DNA of 44,549 nucleotides from a virus. The translations under genes were made by a program, and so were the position numbers. This document shows positions 1-9,822 of this stretch, piece after piece. Position 1 is the stretch's first letter. Every line of letters starts with the position of its first letter. The stretch lies in the IMG/VR virus record IMGVR_UViG_3300027362_000003, one strand, 5' to 3'. Below the pieces are notes generated by a model. That model saw only the letters and a list, made by a program, of their open reading frames with translations, was not told the DNA's origin and made no database searches.

Positions 1-127
1 CTCCTATACCAGCATCATAATTAGTATTGTCATAAGGAGTAGCTAAAGTAACGGTGATTAAACAATTATCAGTAATGGTAAAACTGGTTCCATTAGCAGT
101 ATTGGAGTTTACTATATAACAATTCCC
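1..127. repeat. Terminal direct repeat, copy 1 (identical to 44423..44549); marks circular closure of the contig
   Basis: Base-by-base comparison shows 1-127 equals 44423-44549. The repeat lies inside an uninterrupted minus-strand reading frame. Confidence 0.95.
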
Positions 128-598
128 AGGACCGTTATCCATTATAGAGAAATAAAGGGCTGAAGTATTTACTGATCCATTGGCAGTTATATTACTAAAG
201 TTGGAGTATTGTTTCTCTCCCACTTTAGGAACAATCTCAGCACAGACAAAGTTAACACCATCGGATCTTAGAACCTGTCCAGCGAGGCAGGAGTTTACTG
301 GAACTGAATAAGCGGTTTGCTTTAGCAGCTTCCCATCTAAAGTGGCATATAAAGCCACATGGTCTACGTCTGAAACAGGAGGTCCGGCTATATCCCCTTT
401 TCCTATCTGAACCCATGATGTCCCATTCCAGTTTTCATATTGGGATAAATCTTTGTTCCAAATCATTACCCCTGGATCTAAATATTGTAACGAGTTTCTC
501 TCACTTTGGGTTAACGGGGAGATTAGTACCCCATTGAAACCTATTGTATCGTAGGCTTGAGCAGCTATCATCCATAATAATAGAACTAGCTTAATCAT
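1..598 (-). CDS. 5' portion (first 199 codons) of a ~1012-aa collagen-like fibre/adhesin gene that continues across the circular junction into 41982..44422
   Basis: ATG at 598-596 overlaps the TGA of the upstream gene (ATGA). I checked every in-frame triplet from 598 to 2 and found no stop. The frame matches ORF 41982..44363 once position 1 is equated with 44423. N-terminus is [18 protein letters not shown]. Confidence 0.85.
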   Translation of the reverse strand, partial: MIKLVLLLWMIAAQAYDTIGFNGVLISPLTQSERNSLQYLDPGVMIWNKDLSQYENWNGTSWVQIGKGDIAGPPVSDVDHVALYATLDGKLLKQTAYSVPVNSCLAGQVLRSDGVNFVCAEIVPKVGEKQYSNFSNITANGSVNTSALYFSIMDNGPGNCYIVNSNTANGTSFTITDNCLITVTLATPYDNTNYDAGIG

Positions 599-2037
599 AT
601 TGTTCTCCAAATTACCATCTCCATAGTACCTGTATAGTTGGTACCTGCCATCGTGTCGGATTGGTAAGATAACTGCCCTGTAACTGGATCTACTAATAGG
701 GTAATGCCGTCTGATCCACCAGTAAATCCTGAAGTTTGTACTTTATTTACTTTCCAAGTAGTGTAATCCACTTGGGCTGCCACCCATTTTATATAGTGGT
801 TCCTACTGCTTCCATCCACCTTTCTAACTGAAAAGGCATCAATGGTTACCATGCTCTCACCTTGGGCTCCCATAATAGCCCCATTGATATTTCCGGTGGA
901 ATTGTTTCCAATGGATGTAGTGAAATACTCAGACCCTTTTCCTGGGGGTCCTTGGATACCTTGGGGTCCTTGAGATCCTGTAGGTCCAGCAGGTCCAGTT
1001 AATCCTATATCCCCTTTAGCTCCTGTAGGTCCCTGAGGTCCGGCAACACCTGTAGCTCCTGTAGGTCCGGCAGGTCCAGTATTTCCTATAGGTCCTTGAG
1101 GTCCTTGTGGTCCAGTAGGTCCAGCAGGTCCTTGAGGTCCAGGGTTTCCTAGGGGTCCTTGTGGCCCAGTGGCACCAGGAGGTCCAACAGGACCTTGAAC
1201 CCCAGTACTACCTTGTGGACCAGGAGGACCAGGAGGACCTATATCCCCTGGCTCACCTTTTACTCCGGTGGCTCCCGTAGGACCAGGATCACCTTGAGGA
1301 CCAGGAGGTCCTTGAGGTCCCGTAGGACCTGGATCAGTACTGGCAGGTCCCATAGGACCAGTAGGACCAGGAGGTCCTGCATCCCCTTTAACACCTTGTA
1401 CTCCTCCTATTGAAACCCACTCTCCTAGAAGAACTTCATTTTGAAATGAATTATAGGTAGATATGAAAGCTACCCTATTTTCTCCAGATGCTCTTCCGAA
1501 ACATAGCCAAAGAACTCTTTCTTTAACGACAACATCGTCTGGATAATAGGTATTCCCATCCTTGTACATCATGGGAGCGGTGCCTGTTATCCAAGCTGTC
1601 CCAGCATTATTTCCAATGGCATATTGATTGGCTTTTATAGTAGGTAGGGGTGGATAGGATTCAATGAAGGAAGTTATATCCTGAGACACCTCTTGAACTT
1701 CCAGAGTCAGCTTATCCAAAGCATTCTCTATAGGGAGTCCATCATAGGTAGTGGTGTTGCTTAAATCCGCATCTTGGTAGAAATCACTTCTTCTGTATAC
1801 TTTTACTTTAACTAAATTAGCAGGGGCGGTTATAAAGGAAACCGAGAACCCCTGAACTATACCATCGTTTTTCGTCCCTTCTATAATACTATAGCCAGAG
1901 GTTTGTAATACATCGTCTTTGAATACTTGAATTATTGATTGTCCGTCACCTTGAAGGAATTGAATTGTATATTGGAAAACCTTGGCTACCCCATCAGCTA
2001 CTTGGGTCTGAGTTACCGTTCTGTTAGATATGGTCAT
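595..2037 (-). CDS. Tail fibre protein with a central collagen-like (G-X-Y) triple-helix region
   Basis: 480-aa ORF. SD-like AAGGGGA lies 5 nt upstream of the ATG. It sits directly after the internal virion protein genes, as the fibre gene does in T7-like modules. About 50 Gly-X-Y triplets span aa 211-368. Confidence 0.8.
   Translation of the reverse strand: MTISNRTVTQTQVADGVAKVFQYTIQFLQGDGQSIIQVFKDDVLQTSGYSIIEGTKNDGIVQGFSVSFITAPANLVKVKVYRRSDFYQDADLSNTTTYDGLPIENALDKLTLEVQEVSQDITSFIESYPPLPTIKANQYAIGNNAGTAWITGTAPMMYKDGNTYYPDDVVVKERVLWLCFGRASGENRVAFISTYNSFQNEVLLGEWVSIGGVQGVKGDAGPPGPTGPMGPASTDPGPTGPQGPPGPQGDPGPTGATGVKGEPGDIGPPGPPGPQGSTGVQGPVGPPGATGPQGPLGNPGPQGPAGPTGPQGPQGPIGNTGPAGPTGATGVAGPQGPTGAKGDIGLTGPAGPTGSQGPQGIQGPPGKGSEYFTTSIGNNSTGNINGAIMGAQGESMVTIDAFSVRKVDGSSRNHYIKWVAAQVDYTTWKVNKVQTSGFTGGSDGITLLVDPVTGQLSYQSDTMAGTNYTGTMEMVIWRTI
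934..1407 (-). repeat. Collagen-like G-X-Y coding repeat tract, Pro-rich, with one interruption (GPASTDPG)
   Basis: The translated tract runs [17 protein letters not shown]...[12 protein letters not shown]. On the plus strand it shows as 9-nt periodic ggtcc/aggtcc repeats. Confidence 0.9.
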
Positions 2038-4437
2038 TTACATCCCCTTCGCAGCTTCAGTTAATTGCATTTGCAAATAATCATAAAAGGATTGAACATA
2101 GAAAGCATTATTAAACGGCATCATCCTCCTTCCTTGCCCTACATATTTTTCTATCTTCACTCCACTAAAACTTTGTTCTGAGGCCACCGTCATGGCATCC
2201 GCTAGAAGCCCTTTAACCGTTTCTACCCCAGAGGACACTTCACCTATAGCAGCCCCACCAAATCTCTCCGATAAGGTTCTATTGGAGAGTGCTCCCCCTC
2301 CTATAATATCTCCTGGTACCCCAAGGATACCAGAAGAGGTCAAAGAATCTATGGCTAATAATCCCATATTAGTGGCAAATTTATCATTGGTATAATCGTA
2401 CCTATCCGCCAGTTTTTCACCCTGAGGAGTCTCCATCATTATGGAAGGAATCCTTGTGGCATCTTTAAGCATTTGGGTTCCAGCACCTACAATCATCATG
2501 GACCCAGATAGTTTAGCTAAATGCTTTAGAGATTCGTTGGCAAATAGCCTCCCCTCTAGATTGGAAGATCTTAAGGACTCTTTGGCACCTACCCATATCT
2601 GGGCTACTGGTCCTTTATATTTTAGGAAAAATTCTGCTGCGGTTCCTACCTTAGTGGAGTTGTCTAGCATCTGCCAGGCTGCTCTAGTCCTAGGGGTAGC
2701 CATAGGAGAAGCCTTAGAATACTCCGCCACGGTTAATCCTAGTTTCTGCCTCAACTTAGTGAGAGCTACTTTCTCTGCTGCTGTCTCAGCATCTCGGATA
2801 GCATTGTCCACAAGGAATAGATTGAAGTCCCTGCCTCCAGGCATGAAGTCTACCTTCCCACCCTTATCCATAATCCCTGCTACCTGTCTCCATTCAGCTT
2901 CGGAAAGACCACTGGCTTTTAAAAAATTCTGTTGGAAATTATTTAAGGACTTACCTTTCATTATAGTATCTACAAAGGTAGCTAGTTCATGCCTTACTGC
3001 CGACATCCCTGCTCTTTTGGATCTACCTATCATATAATCCAGTCCGGTGGTCTTAGCTAATACCCCTACCATCCTGTCCGACATCCCCTGTTTACCTTCC
3101 ATGAGTAGACGATTACGAATCATCATTTGTTCTGATTCCATCATCACCCCAAGTTTGGCTACATCTTCAGGAGAGGAGTTTTTTATAAAGGAACCCATCA
3201 GATCCACCATGGACCCTATAAAACTGCCACCATTTATATTGTGAATCTTCATGGCCATTGAAGGCCAATCAAGAACGATAGATAGTGAAGCCTTACCTAA
3301 CTGGGCTAGAGCCATGTAATTATTTACCCTTCTCTTCCAAGTAGATGCTGAGGATTCCCTATACCCTGGAGTTTCACCATTCCCCATGAAATAATTCATA
3401 AGGCCACGGATCTCATGTTTATCTCCAGCAGGAATGACTTGCCCCAAGGAATGCATATCTTTAAATAAAGTTTCCAGATTCTCTTCTGGTTTGTTGCCAA
3501 ATATCTTTATCAGTCCAGCCTTCTTAGCCAGTCTGTCTATGGAATTTAGCTGGGATAGATATAAGGTTTGGGCATCCCCAAATTTCATATTGTAGTCGTA
3601 GGCATCTTTCCCAGTCTTGAAGTGATAAACCCTTTCACCAGAGCCCAGGGAAAGACCATTCATAGCCTGTTTATCCCCTTTCTCTATTCTATCGTAGGTG
3701 TCTCCCAGGAACTCGGTAACTATAGTATCGTCAGTGGTATTGAAGGATCTCTCCCAATCTACCGCTTCTTTTATATGAGCTACCCATTCTTCTTTAGGCA
3801 CCGCTAATATCTTTTCAAAATCATGGACTGTAGTTCTTACATATTTCTTCAAAGCCTGGACGTGCATTAGGGCTTGTTGTTTAACTTCAAATTGTACGGC
3901 ATTACTTTTCTTTATGGCTTCAGCATAAGCTAGAGCCTCTCCAGTAAGTTCCTTATTGTCATATATATGTTCATAGACATCCAGGTCGTATCTCCCATCT
4001 TCAGCCCGTTTAAGTAGACCCAATTTACCTTCAAAGGCTCTGCTGAAACTATGGTACATGGCTTGGGCATGAGCCCTTATAGCATTGTCGATGGTATTAT
4101 ATTTGTCTTTTACATTGTTGGTGGTGTAATCAAATAGGTTCTTTATCCCTTCCACTGGATCAAACTTCTTACTTTCTTTCCAGCCTTTCTCAGACCAGAA
4201 GGAATCAAACCCTACCCGATAATCATTGTTCATTACCCTGGCAAGATTCTCACCACGAACCACATAGTTCTTGGATTCGTTTAAAGCCTTAAGGACCTCA
4301 GCGTGTTCCAGCCCAGCCATCTCTGACATTATCTCGTCAGGAGAAATCATTCTCTTGGCATACTTCTTATGGAGCCCTTCCAATTTAGCCATGGCTTCTT
4401 CACTAAGTTCAGGGAAATTTAATCTACACTCAGTCAC
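2038..4437 (-). CDS. Large internal virion / ejection protein-like (assignment by position)
   Basis: 799-aa ORF with a GTG start directly after the upstream TAA. It is the last of four genes between tail tubular B and the fibre, the position of T7 gp14-16. I recognised no catalytic motif. Confidence 0.6.
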   Translation of the reverse strand: MTECRLNFPELSEEAMAKLEGLHKKYAKRMISPDEIMSEMAGLEHAEVLKALNESKNYVVRGENLARVMNNDYRVGFDSFWSEKGWKESKKFDPVEGIKNLFDYTTNNVKDKYNTIDNAIRAHAQAMYHSFSRAFEGKLGLLKRAEDGRYDLDVYEHIYDNKELTGEALAYAEAIKKSNAVQFEVKQQALMHVQALKKYVRTTVHDFEKILAVPKEEWVAHIKEAVDWERSFNTTDDTIVTEFLGDTYDRIEKGDKQAMNGLSLGSGERVYHFKTGKDAYDYNMKFGDAQTLYLSQLNSIDRLAKKAGLIKIFGNKPEENLETLFKDMHSLGQVIPAGDKHEIRGLMNYFMGNGETPGYRESSASTWKRRVNNYMALAQLGKASLSIVLDWPSMAMKIHNINGGSFIGSMVDLMGSFIKNSSPEDVAKLGVMMESEQMMIRNRLLMEGKQGMSDRMVGVLAKTTGLDYMIGRSKRAGMSAVRHELATFVDTIMKGKSLNNFQQNFLKASGLSEAEWRQVAGIMDKGGKVDFMPGGRDFNLFLVDNAIRDAETAAEKVALTKLRQKLGLTVAEYSKASPMATPRTRAAWQMLDNSTKVGTAAEFFLKYKGPVAQIWVGAKESLRSSNLEGRLFANESLKHLAKLSGSMMIVGAGTQMLKDATRIPSIMMETPQGEKLADRYDYTNDKFATNMGLLAIDSLTSSGILGVPGDIIGGGALSNRTLSERFGGAAIGEVSSGVETVKGLLADAMTVASEQSFSGVKIEKYVGQGRRMMPFNNAFYVQSFYDYLQMQLTEAAKGM

Positions 4438-6291
4438 TTATCCCCCTATTAAACAATCAAAGAACCCTTGTAAATCCTTGGGCATCTTGGATTTAACATA
4501 GGCTAATGTCTCTTTTATCTTCTGTCCCTCTTTCAGCCTTTCAGTGTACAAGGCTTTCTGTTCTGGAGGAACTTTATCCAATAGCGTTTTATCTGCTTCC
4601 ATCCTTTTAGCGAAGTCGTCCATTTGTTCAAATTCACCTTTTATCTCCTCGGTTTCTATTCTGGTTAATTCTTTCTTACTACTCTCAGCAGCTATCTTGG
4701 GATCATCTTCTACTTTCAACTTATCCGCCCTATCCACCATTGCCTGGGTATGTTTTTCAGGATTAAAGGGTTTGGCATCAGTAGCAGGGTCCTGCATATG
4801 GGTTATTACTTTCTTAGGGTTCTTGGTGTTGGGAAGAGTTTCATCTATCCTGGCATTAGGGTGGGTGGATATATCCATAGGGTCAGACACCATTATGTTC
4901 TTATCGTCTATGATATGAAGGGCTTGGTGGTAGGTTTCATTGGAAGCCTTCTTACCTATCTCCTCTCTTCCTCCCTCATAACTATAAGCCTTTATTCCTT
5001 CCTTCCTCATTACCGCATTTAGTTTTTCAACTAACTCACTTCCCTCGCTACCATCTCTGGCAGCCAGTATTTCTAAAATTTCTCTATAGGTAGCAGGGTC
5101 AGCCCTATCCTTCAGCCTATCTAATATGTAAGCGGCATTATCAGAGTTAAGTTCCCCTGATCCATGAGCAGCTTTAACAAAGGCTACTAGCTTACTCTTA
5201 TAGGTTTTAACTGGAGCTTCTATATTTAAGACTCTGGCCGATCCAGGCATATTAACTTTTACTACCGCTCCCTCACTAGGGTTAATGGTATTTCTAGCGG
5301 TGTTCTTTGCCACATGGTCATGGGCTGTAACGGTTATTCCTTCACCATAAGCACTATCCAGTACCCTATGGTTGTGATTGGAAAGATTACCAGTGGGGGA
5401 TTCTTTTACTGCATATAGGGTAGGGTGATTGGTTTTCAAGGAAGCGAAATCCACTACCTCTCCTTGGACTGGAACCCTATCAGGAGCCCCTATAGGCTTC
5501 TCCCTATGAAGCCATTTAGTCCTTTCAGACTCATTAACTGCTTGTAGGGGGTCTATTGTTTTGCCTTCATTATGTTGTGTAAGGACCGTTTCCACTCCTG
5601 CTGCCTTCTCTGCATCCGTAGATTTTAGGTAAGCTTTGGCTTTAGATCCCAGCTTAGATAAAAGGAAGTGGATAGAAGTTCCGGCTGCGGTGGATATGGC
5701 TATGTTTTGTATGGAGTCTATAGTTGGAGTCTCTTCTCCAAATACTTGCTTTCTCTTATGGATTGCCGCTATCTCCTGGACTGTATTCTCTCCTATGTTG
5801 GAGAGTAAGGTGGTTAAGAGGGCTCTCTCTGCTAAAGCAGGAACTGTTCCTAGTAACCCCCCAGAAGCCATAGATAAAATCCCACCCAAGGGATCTAGAG
5901 CACCTTTAGCTAAACTCCCTAGCAATGGATATAGACTAGTTCCAAAAGCACTACTATCCACTCTGGCTAGAGTTTCATCCATGGCATTTTTACTATGCTG
6001 TTGTAGGGATAAATATTCAGCTTCATTAAGGGTTACCGGACGATCCACTTTTATATTGAATTGTAGGGCAGCTTCTTCAGCAGTAAGTTGAGGGGATTTA
6101 TCTTTACCCACTTTAGGCAACCAACTAGCTGCTGAAGTGGTTAAGTTTTCTGTTTGCTTATAGGCGGAAGTAAACATGGTAAACCCTGGAGTAGTAGGAG
6201 CAAATGCTTGAGCCGCATAAGTCTGAGCCGCCCTATTCCCCATTTCCTGGTGAAGGGCTTCGGGGCTGAATGGGTTTATAGGTAATGCCAT
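4438..6291 (-). CDS. Internal virion protein-like (assignment by position)
   Basis: 617-aa ORF. Its start overlaps the upstream stop as TAATG. Confidence 0.6.
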   Translation of the reverse strand: MALPINPFSPEALHQEMGNRAAQTYAAQAFAPTTPGFTMFTSAYKQTENLTTSAASWLPKVGKDKSPQLTAEEAALQFNIKVDRPVTLNEAEYLSLQQHSKNAMDETLARVDSSAFGTSLYPLLGSLAKGALDPLGGILSMASGGLLGTVPALAERALLTTLLSNIGENTVQEIAAIHKRKQVFGEETPTIDSIQNIAISTAAGTSIHFLLSKLGSKAKAYLKSTDAEKAAGVETVLTQHNEGKTIDPLQAVNESERTKWLHREKPIGAPDRVPVQGEVVDFASLKTNHPTLYAVKESPTGNLSNHNHRVLDSAYGEGITVTAHDHVAKNTARNTINPSEGAVVKVNMPGSARVLNIEAPVKTYKSKLVAFVKAAHGSGELNSDNAAYILDRLKDRADPATYREILEILAARDGSEGSELVEKLNAVMRKEGIKAYSYEGGREEIGKKASNETYHQALHIIDDKNIMVSDPMDISTHPNARIDETLPNTKNPKKVITHMQDPATDAKPFNPEKHTQAMVDRADKLKVEDDPKIAAESSKKELTRIETEEIKGEFEQMDDFAKRMEADKTLLDKVPPEQKALYTERLKEGQKIKETLAYVKSKMPKDLQGFFDCLIGG

Positions 6292-9242
6292 TAATCAGTC
6301 CTATTCATAGTGGGGTTAGGTTGATCTCTGGTTATTATGGATTTAAGCCCATACCACATATCTTTGTACATAGGGGTTTTCATATCTTCTAGTTGTTTAG
6401 GGGATATGCCTATGAACCCTTGGTTTAAAGCTGTATTGGGGTCTGCTCCCCTATATTGGGAGGATGAATAGGTGTAATTAGTTCCTTTCTTGGAATTTAT
6501 CCTAGACTCTCTTCCTAGAGTATCCCTCATTACAGGATAAAAAGTTCCATCATGTTCTTGGAATTTGGTAAATACTCTAACCCCTGCCCCTGAAGCTACT
6601 TCGGTCATTACCGCTTGCATTTCATGGTAGGGAATATTTCCTGTCTTATAGTCCATTCTCTGATTGCTAAAAATAGGAGCCATACCCATTAATCCCATAA
6701 TGTTGGTTTTAACTTGTTTGAGTTCAGCAGCAGTAGGTGGATGGTCAAATAAAGTGGTAGCGTGTTCTTGTATCATTCCATCTATTATCCCCCCAACAGC
6801 AGCAGAGCCTCTATCAGGATTAAATGTTCTCAGGACCATTTTTAAAGACAATAATTCTTTGTTCAAAGGGGTTTGATTTTTGGGAGCTAAAGAGGATCTA
6901 AGATACCCTTCAGCAGCCTCATCAAAAAATTTAAAAGTCCCTTTGACATCTCCATTTTGTAAGATGAACTCTGGGTCTTGGGTCATTTGAGAAGCGGTAC
7001 CAATCTTCCCTTTGTCTAGGTTATATTGTTGCATATACTTTTCTGGAATAAGTATTTTAGCGGTAGAGGAAGGACCGGAGTAACTCTCCAAGTGAGCTTT
7101 CCCAAAGACCTCTTCAGTGGCTCTTTGAATGGCTACTTGTTTATCCGCCCCATTTCTAACCAAGCTAGTAGCTCTGTCCATTATGGCATTCATATAAGCC
7201 CCAGCCATTCCTGGATTTTTTGTCTGCATATCCCCTATTTGTTTTTGGATATTTTGTTGTAGTAATGGGTTATCATAAAACTTTTTTTCTATACCCGATC
7301 TTAATTCCTTTTGAATAGGGTCCATGGTTTTTCTATAGGTGTTGTTTTCCAACACTGAGGACATTACCGATACCGCCACTACAGGGTCGTCTATCCCTAC
7401 AGCCACCAGATATGTCGGATCAGTGGCGGAAGATCCTCCATAATCCTGGAGCATTTTAGAAAATTCTGCTGGAGGAAGGACTACCGATAATCCTCTTATA
7501 TTATTATAGGCTGTCTGGAAATCCGCTATAGTGGGATTTTGGTTGGCATCAAAGGATGCAGAGGCATCTCTCATAATAGTTTTAATTACTGATTTGGGGA
7601 GAGTTCTTCTATCTACCGCAGGAACTCCAAGACTGTCATATCTGTTATTGGCTATGTTCCTAATGTCCATAGCTCTCTTGGATTTAACATCGGGAGGGAT
7701 ACTGCTATCCCCCATCATGGAGGTATAGTCTTTTACTGCTTGGTCATAGGTCTTATCCCTATTTTGGATATAGGCTCCACCATCTTCTTTAAGCTGGACC
7801 ATATTCGCTTTATGAACGGCATCTACCTTGGCTATTAAGGCTTGTACGGCTCCCTCCCCTCTATAGGGATATAGCTTCTGGGTTTCAGGGGTTATAAGCC
7901 CACTGTCTATCATCATCTGAACCCCATTAGTTTTTATACCTTCTATCCTCTTGGCATAGGTTTCATCAGAATCCCAAGGGATTGCCCTTACTATTTGAGC
8001 AGCAGCTTCTCCTGCATGGGCTTCTATAAGCAGTCTATCTTTTTCAAAAGGCTCTAAATCACTATTTGCTATTTCTGATTTTAGAAACACCCCTTGAGCT
8101 TTTACGGACGGGTCCGCTATATCTACTCCAGTAGTGCCCATATCCAACATGGAAGAATTTCTATCATCCACTAGCCTGGAGAAATCGTTTTGTTTTTGTT
8201 TATTCTTAGCGGTCATTTCTGCCATTAGGGAAGTATAAACCCTAGCCTGAGTATCTGCGTCCAGATAATCTCCTAAGTGTTGTGCTGGAACATCTATCCC
8301 TTTGGTCTTATCGTAGGCGGATAGTCGGGCGGTATTGAAGTCGAATTGATATTTTTTCCCGTCTTTATCCGTGGCCACAATGTGTGCTAAATTCTTGGTA
8401 GGTTGCCCCTTCAACTTTATCTTAGAAGTCTCCACCGAAAGAGTCTTTCCTTCCATGTCTGGCCCCAAAGCAGCCTGTACCGAGGCCAACATCATCTTTT
8501 CATGTTTGGAGTCAAAGAGCCCAAGTCCAGCAGCCACTCCCGAGAAGTTTTTCTGTGCCAGATTCTTATCGAAATATATTTTAGATAGTCCCAATTGGGT
8601 GCCTCTAATCTTGTTCATGGTTTCATCTTTACCAACAGCATCTTTAAACCCATAGGCGGTGGATTGGTTGTATTTTATTCTTTCCATGGTTAGGTCTAGA
8701 TCAGATATTTTACTATCTTCAATATTGTTCTGTAATATTTTCAAAGAGGCGTAATCGTCTTGTTTGGTTAAATCAGCATTTATCTGTTTGAACCTATTGT
8801 CCATCAAGGTTCTTCTACCTTCTTCATGTTTGGATATAACATGGGTCCTGTCCTCCGCTTGCCACATTCTATAGGCAGCAGCACTAGGGGCACTCTTTTG
8901 CATATCCGAATCGAACTTCTCATTATCTGCTTGCATATCCTGGGTAAAGGTTTTCCCATTCTTCATCTTGAAGGTGAACGGGTCAGCTTGTTTTATTTTT
9001 TGTTCGTATTTTTCATCTCTTTTAAGTCGGGAGAAACTAGTGGCGTTTAATGCCCATGATTTGTTTTCTACGTCCAACATCTTTTCACCGTAGTCGGACA
9101 ACTTCTTGCCAAAGTTACCTACACTTGCTGCTAAATCCCTATCAAATCCTAGCAGAATGGGGCTGCTGGCATCTTGAATGTCCGCTTTTCTGACATTCTC
9201 ATTTGCCGCTCTTATAGGTCCTGGAATATTTATCTTTCCCAT
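6291..9242 (-). CDS. Large internal virion protein-like (assignment by position)
   Basis: 983-aa ORF with a GAGGA SD upstream of the ATG at 9242. Confidence 0.6.
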   Translation of the reverse strand: MGKINIPGPIRAANENVRKADIQDASSPILLGFDRDLAASVGNFGKKLSDYGEKMLDVENKSWALNATSFSRLKRDEKYEQKIKQADPFTFKMKNGKTFTQDMQADNEKFDSDMQKSAPSAAAYRMWQAEDRTHVISKHEEGRRTLMDNRFKQINADLTKQDDYASLKILQNNIEDSKISDLDLTMERIKYNQSTAYGFKDAVGKDETMNKIRGTQLGLSKIYFDKNLAQKNFSGVAAGLGLFDSKHEKMMLASVQAALGPDMEGKTLSVETSKIKLKGQPTKNLAHIVATDKDGKKYQFDFNTARLSAYDKTKGIDVPAQHLGDYLDADTQARVYTSLMAEMTAKNKQKQNDFSRLVDDRNSSMLDMGTTGVDIADPSVKAQGVFLKSEIANSDLEPFEKDRLLIEAHAGEAAAQIVRAIPWDSDETYAKRIEGIKTNGVQMMIDSGLITPETQKLYPYRGEGAVQALIAKVDAVHKANMVQLKEDGGAYIQNRDKTYDQAVKDYTSMMGDSSIPPDVKSKRAMDIRNIANNRYDSLGVPAVDRRTLPKSVIKTIMRDASASFDANQNPTIADFQTAYNNIRGLSVVLPPAEFSKMLQDYGGSSATDPTYLVAVGIDDPVVAVSVMSSVLENNTYRKTMDPIQKELRSGIEKKFYDNPLLQQNIQKQIGDMQTKNPGMAGAYMNAIMDRATSLVRNGADKQVAIQRATEEVFGKAHLESYSGPSSTAKILIPEKYMQQYNLDKGKIGTASQMTQDPEFILQNGDVKGTFKFFDEAAEGYLRSSLAPKNQTPLNKELLSLKMVLRTFNPDRGSAAVGGIIDGMIQEHATTLFDHPPTAAELKQVKTNIMGLMGMAPIFSNQRMDYKTGNIPYHEMQAVMTEVASGAGVRVFTKFQEHDGTFYPVMRDTLGRESRINSKKGTNYTYSSSQYRGADPNTALNQGFIGISPKQLEDMKTPMYKDMWYGLKSIITRDQPNPTMNRTD

Positions 9243-9249
9243 ATTTCCT

Positions 9250-9822
9250 CTACAATATACTCATTGCTATGTTAGATGCGGTCCCACCTATAGCCAAAGC
9301 AGTTTTTAAGAACCCTGTGGATTTCTTTGCCTTGGCCCTTATATCCGAAGCCTGTTTTCTTAAATCTTGTTCTTTCTGTCTGGACAGAGAGTTGTTATAA
9401 TCCCTCTCATGTTCCGCCCTAAGTTCCATGGTTACCTGGGTTCTAGCAACACTATCCATAGCTGCCAAGGAAGTTTCATCATTTACTGAAACACCCCCAC
9501 TAGCTGTTTCCGCTCTATTGGCTCCTTGTATGGCATGGGTCTGTCCTCTGGCATCACTGATGTTTTGCCATATCCTACCCGTGTATTCATATCTTTGGGC
9601 TATCTCAGCATCGGCTTCCCTTACTAATAGATCAGCTTGCCTATAAGCATCTTTCTTTTTAGCATGGGCATCCATAAGGTTGCCAATAAGTTCAAAAGTA
9701 TTTCCAGCAGCCGAAGCCCCTTTAGCCCAATTGGATCTTTCATTGGACCCTTCATTTTTATAAAAACTATTCTTTTCTGGAGGAGGGACAGGTGTTGGAG
9801 GTTTAGGTATTACTACTCCCAT
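9250..9822 (-). CDS. Small internal virion protein-like (size and position of T7 gp14)
   Basis: 190-aa ORF coupled to the upstream gene by TAATG. It has a C-terminal hydrophobic segment (ALAIGGTASNIAMSIL). Confidence 0.6.
   Translation of the reverse strand: MGVVIPKPPTPVPPPEKNSFYKNEGSNERSNWAKGASAAGNTFELIGNLMDAHAKKKDAYRQADLLVREADAEIAQRYEYTGRIWQNISDARGQTHAIQGANRAETASGGVSVNDETSLAAMDSVARTQVTMELRAEHERDYNNSLSRQKEQDLRKQASDIRAKAKKSTGFLKTALAIGGTASNIAMSIL

Noticed and set aside
1159-1413. Plus-strand 84-aa Arg/Thr/Ser-rich ORF. Similar ORFs lie at 43746..43976 and 43980..44243.
   Set aside because: These are antisense shadows of the collagen-like G-X-Y repeats. They are low-complexity, lack an SD, and are fully contained in strong minus-strand genes.
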